A stretch of 61,448 nt of DNA from Candidatus Moraniibacteriota bacterium (GTDB lineage Bacteria; Patescibacteriota; Minisyncoccia; Moranbacterales; GCA-2747515). The notes below the pieces were generated by a model. That model saw only the letters and a list, made by a program, of their open reading frames with translations, was not told where the DNA came from and made no database searches. Location: contig CAMZLB010000025.1 of the NCBI GenBank assembly GCA_947311515.1, positions 1 to 61,448 on the forward strand, given 5' to 3'. A program made the position numbers and the translations under genes. How positions within the stretch are numbered: the stretch's first letter is position 1; every line of letters starts with the position of its first letter. Positions 48,408 to 58,861 of this stretch are shown here, piece after piece.

Positions 48408-48556
48408 TTAAGGAAATACTGCAAAACTAATTATTAGTCAAAATTAAAAAATAAATTTAAAATATATTTTCAGTAAGCGATATTTGTAAGGTTTTTGTAA
48501 ATTGTATTTTGAGAAAAATAACATTTTTTAAAGTTTTGCAAACATTACTTCCTTAA
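48408..48556. mobile_element. MITE-like element family 1 (reverse orientation)
   Basis: TTAAGGAAATACTGCAAAACT...AGTTTTGCAAACATTACTTCCTTAA; homologous to 14148-14300. Confidence 0.72.
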
Positions 48557-49018
48557 CCTCATCAACAATTCCGTCTATATCTATATATAGTTCTTTTACA
48601 CCAGTTTCCACATTTACTATGAATACCGCTATATGAATCACTATTTTTTTTAATTACTATAGCAACTTTTTTACCATCTCAAGTAAAATTTCCTTTACCT
48701 TTTCCAAATGTTATATCATCATATCTACTAAGATCCTCTACCTGTGTAATTGTATCATTTGCTACATGCCATTTTCCTATTGCTTTACTACTAGTATCAA
48801 CATAATGCATATATTCTGACTCAGTCATACTCCACCTAACTCTACTTCCAGGTTTATCTCTAGTAAATAAAACTTCATAAGTTTCTCCATCTAACCATAC
48901 ATCTTGAGAGATTCTATCAAGAAAAATCATACCTTCATCATTATTCCACGGTTGTCTTTTTGAATATCCATATCTCAATTGTTCATCTGGACATACTTCT
49001 CCTAAAATATATATACCT
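48557..49018 (-). pseudogene. Fragment of a probable beta-propeller protein with a nonsense codon, a frameshift and MITE truncation
   Basis: The 99-aa ORF continues past TGA as GKGNFT*DGKKVAIV, then shifts near an A8 run to IAVFIVNVETG; no convincing start. Confidence 0.45.
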
Positions 49019-49046
49019 TACATCATAAAACTAATTAATTACAGTA

Positions 49047-49361
49047 TTATTTTTTAATTATTTTTATACCTCTTATACCAAAAATAATCAAACAAATAAT
49101 AAATATTTTCAAAAAATAATGACTATATAAATCCATGAAATCTCTGGTCATCGGTGTTATATTACCAAAAATAAGATGAATTATTATACTAAAAGGTAAT
49201 GTTAAAAATACCCAATTTAATCTAGGAACTTTAATATTAATTTTTAAAAATATTTCTGATAATCTATTAGAAAGTAAATATATTCCTCCTAAAGCTAAAA
49301 TTAAATCAAAAATAGCATAATTAAAAATAGTAACTTGTCTCAAAAATTCTAATACATTCAT
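49047..49361 (-). CDS. Small membrane protein, unknown function
   Basis: 104 aa, three hydrophobic segments, YAIFD and TPMT motifs. Confidence 0.7.
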   Translation of the reverse strand: MNVLEFLRQVTIFNYAIFDLILALGGIYLLSNRLSEIFLKINIKVPRLNWVFLTLPFSIIIHLIFGNITPMTRDFMDLYSHYFLKIFIICLIIFGIRGIKIIKK

Positions 49362-49608
49362 ACTTTTATCATTATTTTACTCACAATCTCTTTTTAACTT
49401 TTTAAAAAAGTCATGTTTTATCTATAAAATATTAATTCCTATTTACGTACTTGTTTAAGAAATCTGCTTATACTACTTATATAGAATACATACTTTAATT
49501 TAAAAACTGTATAAACTCTGAACAAAAAATAAAAACTACCTACACTTTACAAATTTATTTTTACTCACACAGAGCGTGGAAAATCGTTGCAAAATCAACC
49601 CTTTGTGC

Positions 49609-49653
49609 GCAAAATGCGACTTTTGCAGAACTTAGTTCTGCTCGCAATTCTGC
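49609..49653. repeat. GC-rich extended hairpin downstream of tRNA-Ser
   Basis: GCAGAACT-T-AGTTCTGC core nested within GCAAAATGCGA/TCGCAATTCTGC. Confidence 0.65.
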
Positions 49654-49674
49654 CGTTTCTAACAAAATCAAAGG

Positions 49675-49759
49675 CGGAAGGGACAGGATTTGAACCTGCG
49701 GAACATTGCTGCTCACACGCTTTCCAAGCGTGCGCTTTCAACCACTCAGCCACCCTTCC
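49675..49759 (-). tRNA. tRNA-Ser(GGA), CCA not fully encoded (CCT follows)
   Basis: GGAAGGG/CCCTTCC acceptor stem, CACGC-TTGGAAA-GCGTG anticodon arm, long variable arm, GGTTCAAATCC. Confidence 0.97.
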
Positions 49760-49893
49760 ATAATTATTACTATAACATAGTTTAAACAAAAATTGAAAAT
49801 AAGTTATTTTAATCTATAATCAGTGATTTATTTCATTCTTCTTCTGCAAGTTTCCATAAGAACTATTTGTTAGAATTACTATCATTATTTACT

Positions 49894-51090
49894 TTATTGA
49901 TAATTTTTATTAGTTTTTTCTATCCATTTACCTTTTTCTTTGATAAGAGCTACCAATTCATCTATTGCCTCATCTTCTGGCACACCTCTTTTTATTAATT
50001 CCTTTTTATAATATAAACTTATTTCTCCAGGTTTTCCACCCACATAACCAAAGTCCGCATCAGCCATTTCCCCAGGTCCATTGACAATGCAACCCATTAT
50101 AGCAATTCTGACACCTTTCAGATGACCCATTATCTCCTTTATTTTATTTGTGACAATCTCTATATCATAAAGTGTTCGCCCACAAGATGGACATGAGATA
50201 AATTCTGTTTTTGTTATTCTCCTCCTAGTTGCTTGCAAAATAGAATAGCAAACTGGAATTTCTTTTTCTGGCTCTTCTGTGAGAGAGACTCTTACGGTAT
50301 CTCCTATTCCATCAAGTAATAAAGTACCAATTCCTATAGTAGATTTTGCTCTTCCATCTTCTTTATTTCCTGCTTCAGTAACACCTAAATGTATTGGATA
50401 ATCCATTCCCTCTTTTTCCATTCTTTCATCTAATAATCTATTTGCATTTATCATCATGATAGGATCTGATGACTTTAGCGCTACAACCATTTGATGAAAA
50501 TCATGCTTTGCAAAAATTCTTAAATATTCCATAGCACTCTCTACCATACCTTCTGCTGTATCTCCATATTTACTCAAAACTCTATCCGATAGAGAACCAT
50601 GATTTGCACCTATTCTTATTGGCTTTCCTGCTTCTTTCAGTGCCTTTATAAAATCAATAAGACCTTCTTCTACTCTTTTTAATTCTTGTTCATATTCTTC
50701 ATCAGTAAGGATGTTATCTTTTTGTAACTTTTTATCAAATAAATTTCCTGGATTTATCCTTATTTTATCCGCCCACTTAAGAGCTTCATAAGCTGCAGCT
50801 GGCACAAAGTGAATATCTGCAATAAGTGGTATGTTGCAATTATATTTTTCTTTTAAAAGTTTTTTTATTTCCCCTATTGCTTTTGCATGCTTGGGTGTCG
50901 GTGCTGTTATTCTAACTAATTCAGAACCCTCATCCACACAACGAAGAACTTGTAAAACTGTTGCGTTGATATCCATAGTATCTGTATTTGTCATAGTTTG
51001 GACACGAATCGGCTCATCTCCTCCAATTCCCACACTACCAACATTTACAACTCTTGATTTTCGTCTTTTGCTCTGAACTTCTTTAAACAT
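49894..51090 (-). CDS. ispG: HMBPP synthase
   Basis: VQTMTNT, ADIHF, RINPGN, HLGVTEAG, CPSCGR and MGCIVNGPGE motifs. Confidence 0.96.
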   Translation of the reverse strand: MFKEVQSKRRKSRVVNVGSVGIGGDEPIRVQTMTNTDTMDINATVLQVLRCVDEGSELVRITAPTPKHAKAIGEIKKLLKEKYNCNIPLIADIHFVPAAAYEALKWADKIRINPGNLFDKKLQKDNILTDEEYEQELKRVEEGLIDFIKALKEAGKPIRIGANHGSLSDRVLSKYGDTAEGMVESAMEYLRIFAKHDFHQMVVALKSSDPIMMINANRLLDERMEKEGMDYPIHLGVTEAGNKEDGRAKSTIGIGTLLLDGIGDTVRVSLTEEPEKEIPVCYSILQATRRRITKTEFISCPSCGRTLYDIEIVTNKIKEIMGHLKGVRIAIMGCIVNGPGEMADADFGYVGGKPGEISLYYKKELIKRGVPEDEAIDELVALIKEKGKWIEKTNKNYQ

Positions 51091-51175
51091 AACATTATAC
51101 TTAGAATATTATTTTCTTATTATTAATAATAAGGTTATATATAAATATTGTCAAAGTATCAATACCATAACATAC

Positions 51176-51577
51176 TTAATAAAATGCATTTTTAATATGT
51201 TTAATCTCTATCTTTTTTGAATTTTTAATAAAAATTACACTTACAATGTCAAGTCTCACATTTGAATTCCATAATTCTTTTTCTTTTATGTAACTCTCAG
51301 ATACTTTTTGAATTTTTTTAAGCTTTACATGCGTTACTTGTTCTTCTGGTAAAATATCTCTTATTTCCGATAAAGTTCTAGATTTAACCTCTACAAAAAC
51401 TATAGTATTATTTTCTTTTGCTATTATATCTATTTCACCAAGTCTTTTGCCCTTTTTATTATACCAATTTAGCTCAATAATTACATATCCTTGTTTTTGC
51501 AAAAAATAAACTGCTTCATTTTCACCAGCTCCACCAATTCCTCTTTGATTTGATTTTTTTGACAAAAAATTAAACAT
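51176..51577 (-). CDS. YraN-family endonuclease-like protein
   Basis: G..GE..A, GEIDII, VFVEVKSR and HIKNAF motifs. Confidence 0.9.
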   Translation of the reverse strand: MFNFLSKKSNQRGIGGAGENEAVYFLQKQGYVIIELNWYNKKGKRLGEIDIIAKENNTIVFVEVKSRTLSEIRDILPEEQVTHVKLKKIQKVSESYIKEKELWNSNVRLDIVSVIFIKNSKKIEIKHIKNAFY

Positions 51578-51598
51578 TTAATTATTCAATATTCAAAA

Positions 51599-52984
51599 CT
51601 AAACCTCTATTTCATCACCAGGACCTGGTATAACCACATCTAAAGCATTATTTAATTCTATTAATTTTTGCTTAAGTCCAATTGCCTGCTTTGAATCAGC
51701 ATGTACTATTACTACTTTCTTTACATCCTTTGTAGCTTCAATATTTGCGATTAAATCATCTCTATCTCCATGAGCGCTATATCCTTTTATGTTTTCAATT
51801 TTTGCTTTAACTTTGACTCTATCTCCAAAAATTTTTACCTCTGACTTTTTTTCTATTAAATCCCTGCCTAAAGTGTATTCAGCTTGATATCCTACGATAA
51901 GTACTGTGTTTCTTTCATTCTCAAGACCATGTCTTAAATGATGCTTTACTCTACCAGCCTCACACATGCCAGAACCCGCTATTATAATACAAGACTTTGA
52001 ATATTTATTTAATTTTTTACTCTCATGTACAGATTTTGTATGAGTTAAATTTCTGAATGAGAATGGATTTTGTCCTCTATCTACAAAAAACTCATGCGTT
52101 TCTTCATCAAAATCATTTAAATGTTTTCCGAAAATTTTAGTAAAATCTGTTGCAAGCGGTGAATCCACAAACACTGGAATACGAGGTACCTTTTTTTGAT
52201 TGTACAATCTATGTAAATCATAAAGAAGCTCTTGAGATCTTTCTAAGGCAAAACTTGGAATTATAAGCCTACCTTTTCTCTTATGTACATCATTTATAAC
52301 CTTAGCTAAATCTTCCCTAGTGTGTAATTTTCGTTTGTGTAATCTGTCTCCATATGTTGCCTCTGTGATAAAAACATCTGCACTAGGAATATTTACAGAA
52401 TCTTTTATTATTTTTCTATTTCTACTACCTAGATCTCCTGTAAAAGCAATTTTTTTACCTTCTGCTTCAATTTGGATTTGTGAACTCCCTAATATATGAC
52501 CAGCATTATAAAAGGTTATATTAGCCACGTCTAAAATTCTAAATTTTTCCTCTCGTTTTTTTGTAACAATAAACTTAAGCATCCTCTTAACATCACTTTT
52601 ATCATAAAGAGGTTCTAAAACTTCTATTGATTCATCAAAAATAGCTAATTTACTATAATATTCAAAATCTTCTTGTTGCACATGAGCCGAGTCTAGAAGA
52701 AGCGGTTCCAATATTTCTGCTGTTCCTTCTGTTGTGTAAATTTTCCCAACAAAACCTTCTTTTACTAATTTTGGCAAAAGTCCACTATGGTCAACATGAG
52801 CATGTGATAATACAACAGCATCAATTTCATTTGCCTTAAATGGCAATTCTTTATTTAACTTATAGACAGTCTTCCAGAATCCTTGATGCAATCCACACTC
52901 CAATAAAATTTTTTTATCCTTTATGGAAATTATATGCTTTGAGCCAGTAACTCCACCAACTGCTCCATGAAATGTTATCTTCAT
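51599..52984 (-). CDS. MBL-fold beta-CASP ribonuclease-like protein
   Basis: SHAHVDH, AGHILGS, GDLG, TYGDR, GSGMC and SAH motifs. Confidence 0.92.
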   Translation of the reverse strand: MKITFHGAVGGVTGSKHIISIKDKKILLECGLHQGFWKTVYKLNKELPFKANEIDAVVLSHAHVDHSGLLPKLVKEGFVGKIYTTEGTAEILEPLLLDSAHVQQEDFEYYSKLAIFDESIEVLEPLYDKSDVKRMLKFIVTKKREEKFRILDVANITFYNAGHILGSSQIQIEAEGKKIAFTGDLGSRNRKIIKDSVNIPSADVFITEATYGDRLHKRKLHTREDLAKVINDVHKRKGRLIIPSFALERSQELLYDLHRLYNQKKVPRIPVFVDSPLATDFTKIFGKHLNDFDEETHEFFVDRGQNPFSFRNLTHTKSVHESKKLNKYSKSCIIIAGSGMCEAGRVKHHLRHGLENERNTVLIVGYQAEYTLGRDLIEKKSEVKIFGDRVKVKAKIENIKGYSAHGDRDDLIANIEATKDVKKVVIVHADSKQAIGLKQKLIELNNALDVVIPGPGDEIEV

Positions 52985-53074
52985 AATATTATTTTATTTT
53001 ATATACTTATCATATTAACATAATCTTGCTTTATAGTGTATAATTAAAGTACTATTATTTATATAATTACATCT

Positions 53075-53602
53075 ATGAACAAAAATACAATATCACCAAA
53101 AGAACTTAATGATTTACTGAAAGAAAAAAAATCTAAAGTACTATGCATTGACCTAAGAACTGAAGATGAACATAACTTTTCTCACATACCTGGAACAATT
53201 AATATTCCGCTTGATCAACTACAAAATCATTTATCAGAGCTAAAAGGATATGATAAAATAATTTTACAATGCACAAGTGGAGCGAGGTCTCAATTTGCAT
53301 GCAATGTACTACCTGCAAATATAAAATGCCACACACTAAGTCTCGAAGGCGGAATTACTAAATGGGAAAGCGATGGATTTAATGTGAAATATAAAGGAAA
53401 ATCTAGAATTTCCCTCATGCGACAAGTATTTTTGATTGCTGGAGTATTTATATTATCTGGTCTTTTATTTTATAATATAACACATAATGTTTGGTATCTA
53501 CTTTTACCCTTATTGGTTGGAATTGGACTTACATTTGCAGGAATCACTGGACAATGTCTCATGTCAAAACTACTTATAAAAATGCCTTGGAATAGAAATT
53601 AA
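53075..53602 (+). CDS. Rhodanese domain plus membrane DUF2892 (YgaP-like) protein
   Basis: IDLR, HIPG, CTSGARS, LEGG..W, then RQV..AG and AGITGQC..PWN. Confidence 0.88.
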   Translation: MNKNTISPKELNDLLKEKKSKVLCIDLRTEDEHNFSHIPGTINIPLDQLQNHLSELKGYDKIILQCTSGARSQFACNVLPANIKCHTLSLEGGITKWESDGFNVKYKGKSRISLMRQVFLIAGVFILSGLLFYNITHNVWYLLLPLLVGIGLTFAGITGQCLMSKLLIKMPWNRN

Positions 53603-53774
53603 ATCGTACTTAAAGATTTATATAAAAAACTTAATCTCATTAAAAAATTTAACGTGTCTTCGTACATATAAGCTCACACTCAAGATTTAATAAAGATAAC
53701 TTATTTAAATAATAAAATTTTAATATTGAACGAAGACATATCTGAATGGAAAAATCAAGATTATATCATATAGT

Positions 53775-54011
53775 GTGAAAAAGTTCCACATATTCATAGC
53801 AAGACAAATATTTCTATTTATTGAAACTATATTTATTTTTGAATTATTCTTATATAAATTAACAGCCATTATCTTCTTTTTAACACCTTTACTACTAATT
53901 ACTATAGAGCTGATACAAAGAATAAAAAATACATATTTACACGCATACTACTCAAAATATCTTGGAATAGACAGAGATATTTTGTATTATATTTTAAGTA
54001 TACATAAATAA
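53775..54011 (+). CDS. Short hydrophobic ORF, possibly part of a decayed gene
   Basis: 78 aa with a GTG start; no recognisable motif. Confidence 0.25.
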   Translation: MKKFHIFIARQIFLFIETIFIFELFLYKLTAIIFFLTPLLLITIELIQRIKNTYLHAYYSKYLGIDRDILYYILSIHK

Positions 54012-54181
54012 AATTAACCTTATGTGATAAAAAACTACACTTAGGAAGATTAAAAAATATCAATAAACTAAGTTAAGTAGATATTAAAAGAATAACTTTA
54101 CATCCCTAAAAACATTTGAGAAGATGTTTTTAGATTTTTACTCCTTGTTATAAATATCACTAATTTTATGACGAATAGTAA

Positions 54182-57100
54182 TTATAACATCGTAACTCTT
54201 TGCACTTCCTCCAATGTCGTTGTTCCTTGCACAACCTTTAGTGCAGCATCTTGTTCCATAGTGAGCATACCTGACTCTATAGCAGATTCCAATATTTCGG
54301 AAAGCATAGCACCTTGCGAAATTAATCTTCTAATAACATCATTCATCACAAATACCTCTGAAATAACACTTCTACCTTTAAAGCCTATACCGTTGCATTT
54401 ACTGCATCCATTTGCTTTGTATAACATATCAACCAATTGCACATCTATATCAACCTTTTTAGAAATACTTTTTAAAACCCTGTCCAATAATTCCTGCTCT
54501 TCTTTTGATGGTTTGATTTTTTCTTTACAGGAACATAATTTTCGCACCAATCTCTGTGCAATAAATGCATTTACCGATGTTATTATATCATCAGTTCTAA
54601 CTCCTAGATTTATAAGTCTTTGTATTGCACCAACTGCATTGTTTGTGTGTAATGTTGATAACAGTAAATGACCAGTCAAAGAAGCATCTACTGCAATACT
54701 AGCCGTTTCATTATCACGAATTTCACCAATAAGTAATATATCTGGATCTTGACGAAGTAATGCACGAAGAGCCTTTGCAAAAGTATATCCTTCTTCTTTA
54801 TTAATTTGTGTTTGCAGTATTCCATTTAATTGATACTCTATAGGATCTTCTACAGTTATTATTTTTACACTCGGTTTATTCAATTTATTTAAAATACTAT
54901 ACAATGTTGTAGTCTTACCTGAACCAGTTGGTCCAGTGTTCAGAATCATTCCATAAGGCTTTTCTATCTCCTTTATGATTCTGTGCATATTATATTCTCT
55001 AAAGTCCAATTTTGTTATATCAAGTGCTGTATTTTTCCTATTTAAAATACGCATCACGACAGTTTCACCAAATCCCCCAAGTATAATTGAAACACGTATA
55101 TCCATTCTATTATTCTTTTCTCCTTCAATTTCTTGAGTTATGGAAAATCTACTATCTGAAACACCTTGCCTAATCATTGTTTGAATATTGGATAAATCCT
55201 TTATTTTACTGATTAAAATTGGATATCTTTTTAATGGAATAGTTGCAATTGTTTGAAGTACTCCATCAATCCTCATTCTAATCAAAACTTCATTTTGTTG
55301 TGGTTCTATATGAACATCACTACTTCTAAGAAGTAGTCCGTATGAAAAAATAAGTTGCAATAAATTATTATTATCTATATTTTTTATTCTATCCAAAATG
55401 CTATTTTTATTTTCAGAATTTTCTATTGCAATATTTTGATTTTCTAAATTTATAAAAATATTACTAGATAGCAATTGTGAAGTTAACTTATCATATAATT
55501 CACCAATAATATCACCCTCGGAAGTAACTCTCCATATTTCATCGAGTGACGTAATTCCATTTAATGATTTAATAACTCCATCCTGCGTCATAGTAACAAA
55601 TCCTTCTTCAAAAGCAGTCTTCATCATTTCAGTTTCACCTGCCATATTTAAAATCAATTCTTCAATCTCTGGACTAATCGAAAAAACTTCAAAAATACCT
55701 ATTCGCCCCTTATATCCAGTGCCATGACACAAATCACATCCCTTAGGTCTATATAGTAATTCTATTTCAGTAGGAATATTCATTTTTGCTTTAGGAGATA
55801 TAAGACCAATCATTCTCATTATAGAATCCTTTGTCTCTTGTGCAGGAACATAAGACTCCTTACAAGAGCATAGTTTTCGAACTAATCTTTGAGCCATAAA
55901 TATGTTTGTAGCTGGAGAAATTAGAGTCGGTCTAATTCCTAATTCTGTCAATCTAGCTATAGTTGCTATTGCATTATTTGTATGTAGCGTAGAAAACACT
56001 AGATGCCCTGTTAAAGCTGCATTAACAGCAATATCAGCAGTCTCATCATCACGAATCTCACCAACTAATATAATATCAGGGTCTTGTCTTACTATAGCCC
56101 TCAATCCTTTGGCAAAAGTAAAATTTTTATTTTTAGAAATTTCTGTTTGCACTATCCCGTCTAATTGATATTCTATAGGATCTTCAATCGTTATAATCTT
56201 TACTTCTTCTGATTTAATGTGATTTATTATAGTATACAAAGTCGTAGTTTTACCAGAGCCTGTTGGTCCTGTTGTAAGAATCATTCCAGTATTTTTTTGA
56301 ATACTTTTAGACACATCATCAAAAGCTTTTCCCTCTAATCCAAGGTCATAAATTGATACATTTATACCTCTACTATCCAAAAGACGCATAACTATACCCT
56401 CCTTTTTTCCTGGAATAATGGAAACACGTACATCCATATCTACCTCATTTACTGTAAATGAAAAATGTCCATCTTGAGCTTTGTCTCTAACATTAATTCT
56501 CATTTTACCCATAAGTTTAATACGTGAAACTATCAATTTATATATTCTAAATGATATATGTATCACATCGCGAAGCACTCCATCTGTCCTATACCTAAGT
56601 CTTACTTCTTCTCTCTCTGGTTCAAAATGTATATCACTTGCACCTAAAGAAACCGCTCCTGCAAAAATTATATCTAATATTTCAGTAGTTGGTAGTGTAT
56701 TTATACTATTATTTAATTTTAATAATCTTCCAAGTCCTTGTTCGAATTTTTCCAAATCACTTCCAGATAAATTAATTTTAATAGCATCTAATGTCTCCAA
56801 TAAAAATACATTTTCATATTGACTAAGTGCATGCTCCAATGATGATGGCGACACAATTACAACACTTACCTTCCAACCAAGATTTTCCTCCATGTTATAA
56901 ATAAACTCCAAGAAATTTTCTGTTGATGGGTTAGAAGTTGCTATTTTTACACGCTTACCACTTGAATGTATGATTGCAGCCCTTGCTTTTCTAGAAACTT
57001 CTTCCTTAAGCTTATACAAATCATCCACATTTAATGGTATTATGTGTAAATCTAGATAAGGAAGTCCTAATTCTTCAGCAAATCTAGCAGCATGTTCCTC

Positions 57101-57193
57101 TTCACTTTTTGACTTTAATTTATCTAATCGAATTTCTATTTCATCCGAATGACGCTTTTTAGATTTTTCTTGTGATTCAATTACGAGTGGCAT
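54182..57193 (-). CDS. PilB/GspE-family ATPase with two tandem ATPase domains
   Basis: Two full sets of SD(I/V)H.EP, GPTGSGKTTTLY, EDPIEY, RQDPD..GEIRD, TGHL..STLHTN and Cys motifs. Confidence 0.93.
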   Translation of the reverse strand: MPLVIESQEKSKKRHSDEIEIRLDKLKSKSEEEHAARFAEELGLPYLDLHIIPLNVDDLYKLKEEVSRKARAAIIHSSGKRVKIATSNPSTENFLEFIYNMEENLGWKVSVVIVSPSSLEHALSQYENVFLLETLDAIKINLSGSDLEKFEQGLGRLLKLNNSINTLPTTEILDIIFAGAVSLGASDIHFEPEREEVRLRYRTDGVLRDVIHISFRIYKLIVSRIKLMGKMRINVRDKAQDGHFSFTVNEVDMDVRVSIIPGKKEGIVMRLLDSRGINVSIYDLGLEGKAFDDVSKSIQKNTGMILTTGPTGSGKTTTLYTIINHIKSEEVKIITIEDPIEYQLDGIVQTEISKNKNFTFAKGLRAIVRQDPDIILVGEIRDDETADIAVNAALTGHLVFSTLHTNNAIATIARLTELGIRPTLISPATNIFMAQRLVRKLCSCKESYVPAQETKDSIMRMIGLISPKAKMNIPTEIELLYRPKGCDLCHGTGYKGRIGIFEVFSISPEIEELILNMAGETEMMKTAFEEGFVTMTQDGVIKSLNGITSLDEIWRVTSEGDIIGELYDKLTSQLLSSNIFINLENQNIAIENSENKNSILDRIKNIDNNNLLQLIFSYGLLLRSSDVHIEPQQNEVLIRMRIDGVLQTIATIPLKRYPILISKIKDLSNIQTMIRQGVSDSRFSITQEIEGEKNNRMDIRVSIILGGFGETVVMRILNRKNTALDITKLDFREYNMHRIIKEIEKPYGMILNTGPTGSGKTTTLYSILNKLNKPSVKIITVEDPIEYQLNGILQTQINKEEGYTFAKALRALLRQDPDILLIGEIRDNETASIAVDASLTGHLLLSTLHTNNAVGAIQRLINLGVRTDDIITSVNAFIAQRLVRKLCSCKEKIKPSKEEQELLDRVLKSISKKVDIDVQLVDMLYKANGCSKCNGIGFKGRSVISEVFVMNDVIRRLISQGAMLSEILESAIESGMLTMEQDAALKVVQGTTTLEEVQRVTML

Positions 57194-57277
57194 AATTTTT
57201 TTATTAATCGTGTATATCTATTTTACCACATATAAACAATAATAAAAAAATATTATTCAAAAAAGTTTGGATATTTA

Positions 57278-58390
57278 CTACACACTTAGAATTTCAACAA
57301 TTTTTTCCCTACCTTTTTCTACTGTATCAACATCTAGTACTATGTAATTTATATCTGATTCAGATACAGCTAATTCTACTACAATACCGCCAGTTTTTGA
57401 TGTATCTATCATAGCCTTTATTTTATCTTTTTCCTCATAGATTATCACAAACACCTTTCCTGATGATTGATTTTGTTTAATCTTTTCTATTAAATTTGAT
57501 AAATATTGTACACCAGTCCCCGTTTTTTTGAAATCGGTTTCAGAAAGTGTAGTGGTTATGATTGACTCATCTACTGTTTTTTGTAAATTTTTTAAAGCAC
57601 GTCCCCATAGCTTAATAAATCCAATAGATTGAGTCTTATAAAGATTTATAATTATATCTTGCTGATTTGCTCCAGCGTCTATCATATCACCTGCATAAGA
57701 AAGTGCTTTTGGTGTCGTTCTTTGTGATCGAAAACTGTCAGTTGCAACAATAATACCACATAGAAAACATTGTGCAATTTTAGAATCTAAAATATTTTCA
57801 AATTCATTTTCAAACAAATTAAGAACAACCTCTGATACTGATGAACTAGTTAACTTTACAATATTTAATTGTCCAATATTTTCATTAGAGCTGCTATTAT
57901 CAATATTTATAATAGGAATGTCAAAAAAAATATCAGGCATGCTTTTGAATATCCCACCAGAAGATTCCTTATTATTCAGTCCTATTGCAATCATTAAGTC
58001 ATAGGGGAAATCAGCAAGACCAAAGGAGAAGTCTCTAGAATCTATTATTCCTTTTTCAGGAGTTATTTTTATATTCAATTTATCCTCTAATTCTTCAGTT
58101 TTAACATTTATTATTTTATTATGTTTCGTTTTAAATGTAACAATAAAATCACGTGAACCACTAAGGGTATCAATCACCTTTTCTGGAGTAGGAAGGAATG
58201 AATATAATTTTGCAGATTGACTTGGATTAGAAAATGCAACAGTCACATTTAAGCCGACTTTTTCCAATAAGTGCGCTAAACCAAAACCAGCTCCAATTTC
58301 ATCACCATTTGGATTTTCTGAAAGAACTATTAAAATATCTTTATTAGAATTTAATAATCTTTCAAATTGCTCTTGTTTTGTCATGGACAT
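57278..58390 (-). CDS. Degenerate DHH/NrnA-family protein
   Basis: Fold landmarks NP.GD.IG, INID and GI..ATDSF are present, but DHH is replaced by DNS. Confidence 0.75.
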   Translation of the reverse strand: MSMTKQEQFERLLNSNKDILIVLSENPNGDEIGAGFGLAHLLEKVGLNVTVAFSNPSQSAKLYSFLPTPEKVIDTLSGSRDFIVTFKTKHNKIINVKTEELEDKLNIKITPEKGIIDSRDFSFGLADFPYDLMIAIGLNNKESSGGIFKSMPDIFFDIPIINIDNSSSNENIGQLNIVKLTSSSVSEVVLNLFENEFENILDSKIAQCFLCGIIVATDSFRSQRTTPKALSYAGDMIDAGANQQDIIINLYKTQSIGFIKLWGRALKNLQKTVDESIITTTLSETDFKKTGTGVQYLSNLIEKIKQNQSSGKVFVIIYEEKDKIKAMIDTSKTGGIVVELAVSESDINYIVLDVDTVEKGREKIVEILSV

Positions 58391-58861
58391 AAGTTCAAAT
58401 CTATCAACTAAGTAATAAATAATATTACCAAGTATAAAGACTAATGTCAAGAAAATGCCAAATTGATACTTGAGTTAAATTAGAATTTTCATAAACTCCA
58501 TAAAATACATTCGTGGCAACCTAACTATTAACAATATAAATATCCAAAACACACTTTTGCTATATTTTATACTCGTCTCTTATCTATTTTGATACCTTAT
58601 AAAGATTCTTTAAATTTTTCTATTTTATTAATATTTATAACACCATTCAAATACATTCTTACTACTATTACAAAACCTGAATTATAGTATCTATAAACAT
58701 ATTACAAATAGCTTACAAGCAATTCCATACACACCTCAACCTTATCATGATAACTTTCTTCTTTCGATTTCATGACTTATTTTCAATTAGATTTTGCAAG
58801 TTGCACAAAAAATCTAATCAATAGATTAAGTAGAAATTTCAATTTAAATATAAAAATTTTA

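Noticed and set aside
49595..49789. 64-aa ORF on the minus strand
   Set aside because: It overlaps the tRNA-Ser gene.
54168..54671. 167-aa plus-strand ORF, and similar antisense ORFs over valS, rpoC, the pilins and the pro/arg genes
   Set aside because: These are shadow frames antisense to well-supported genes and have no motifs.
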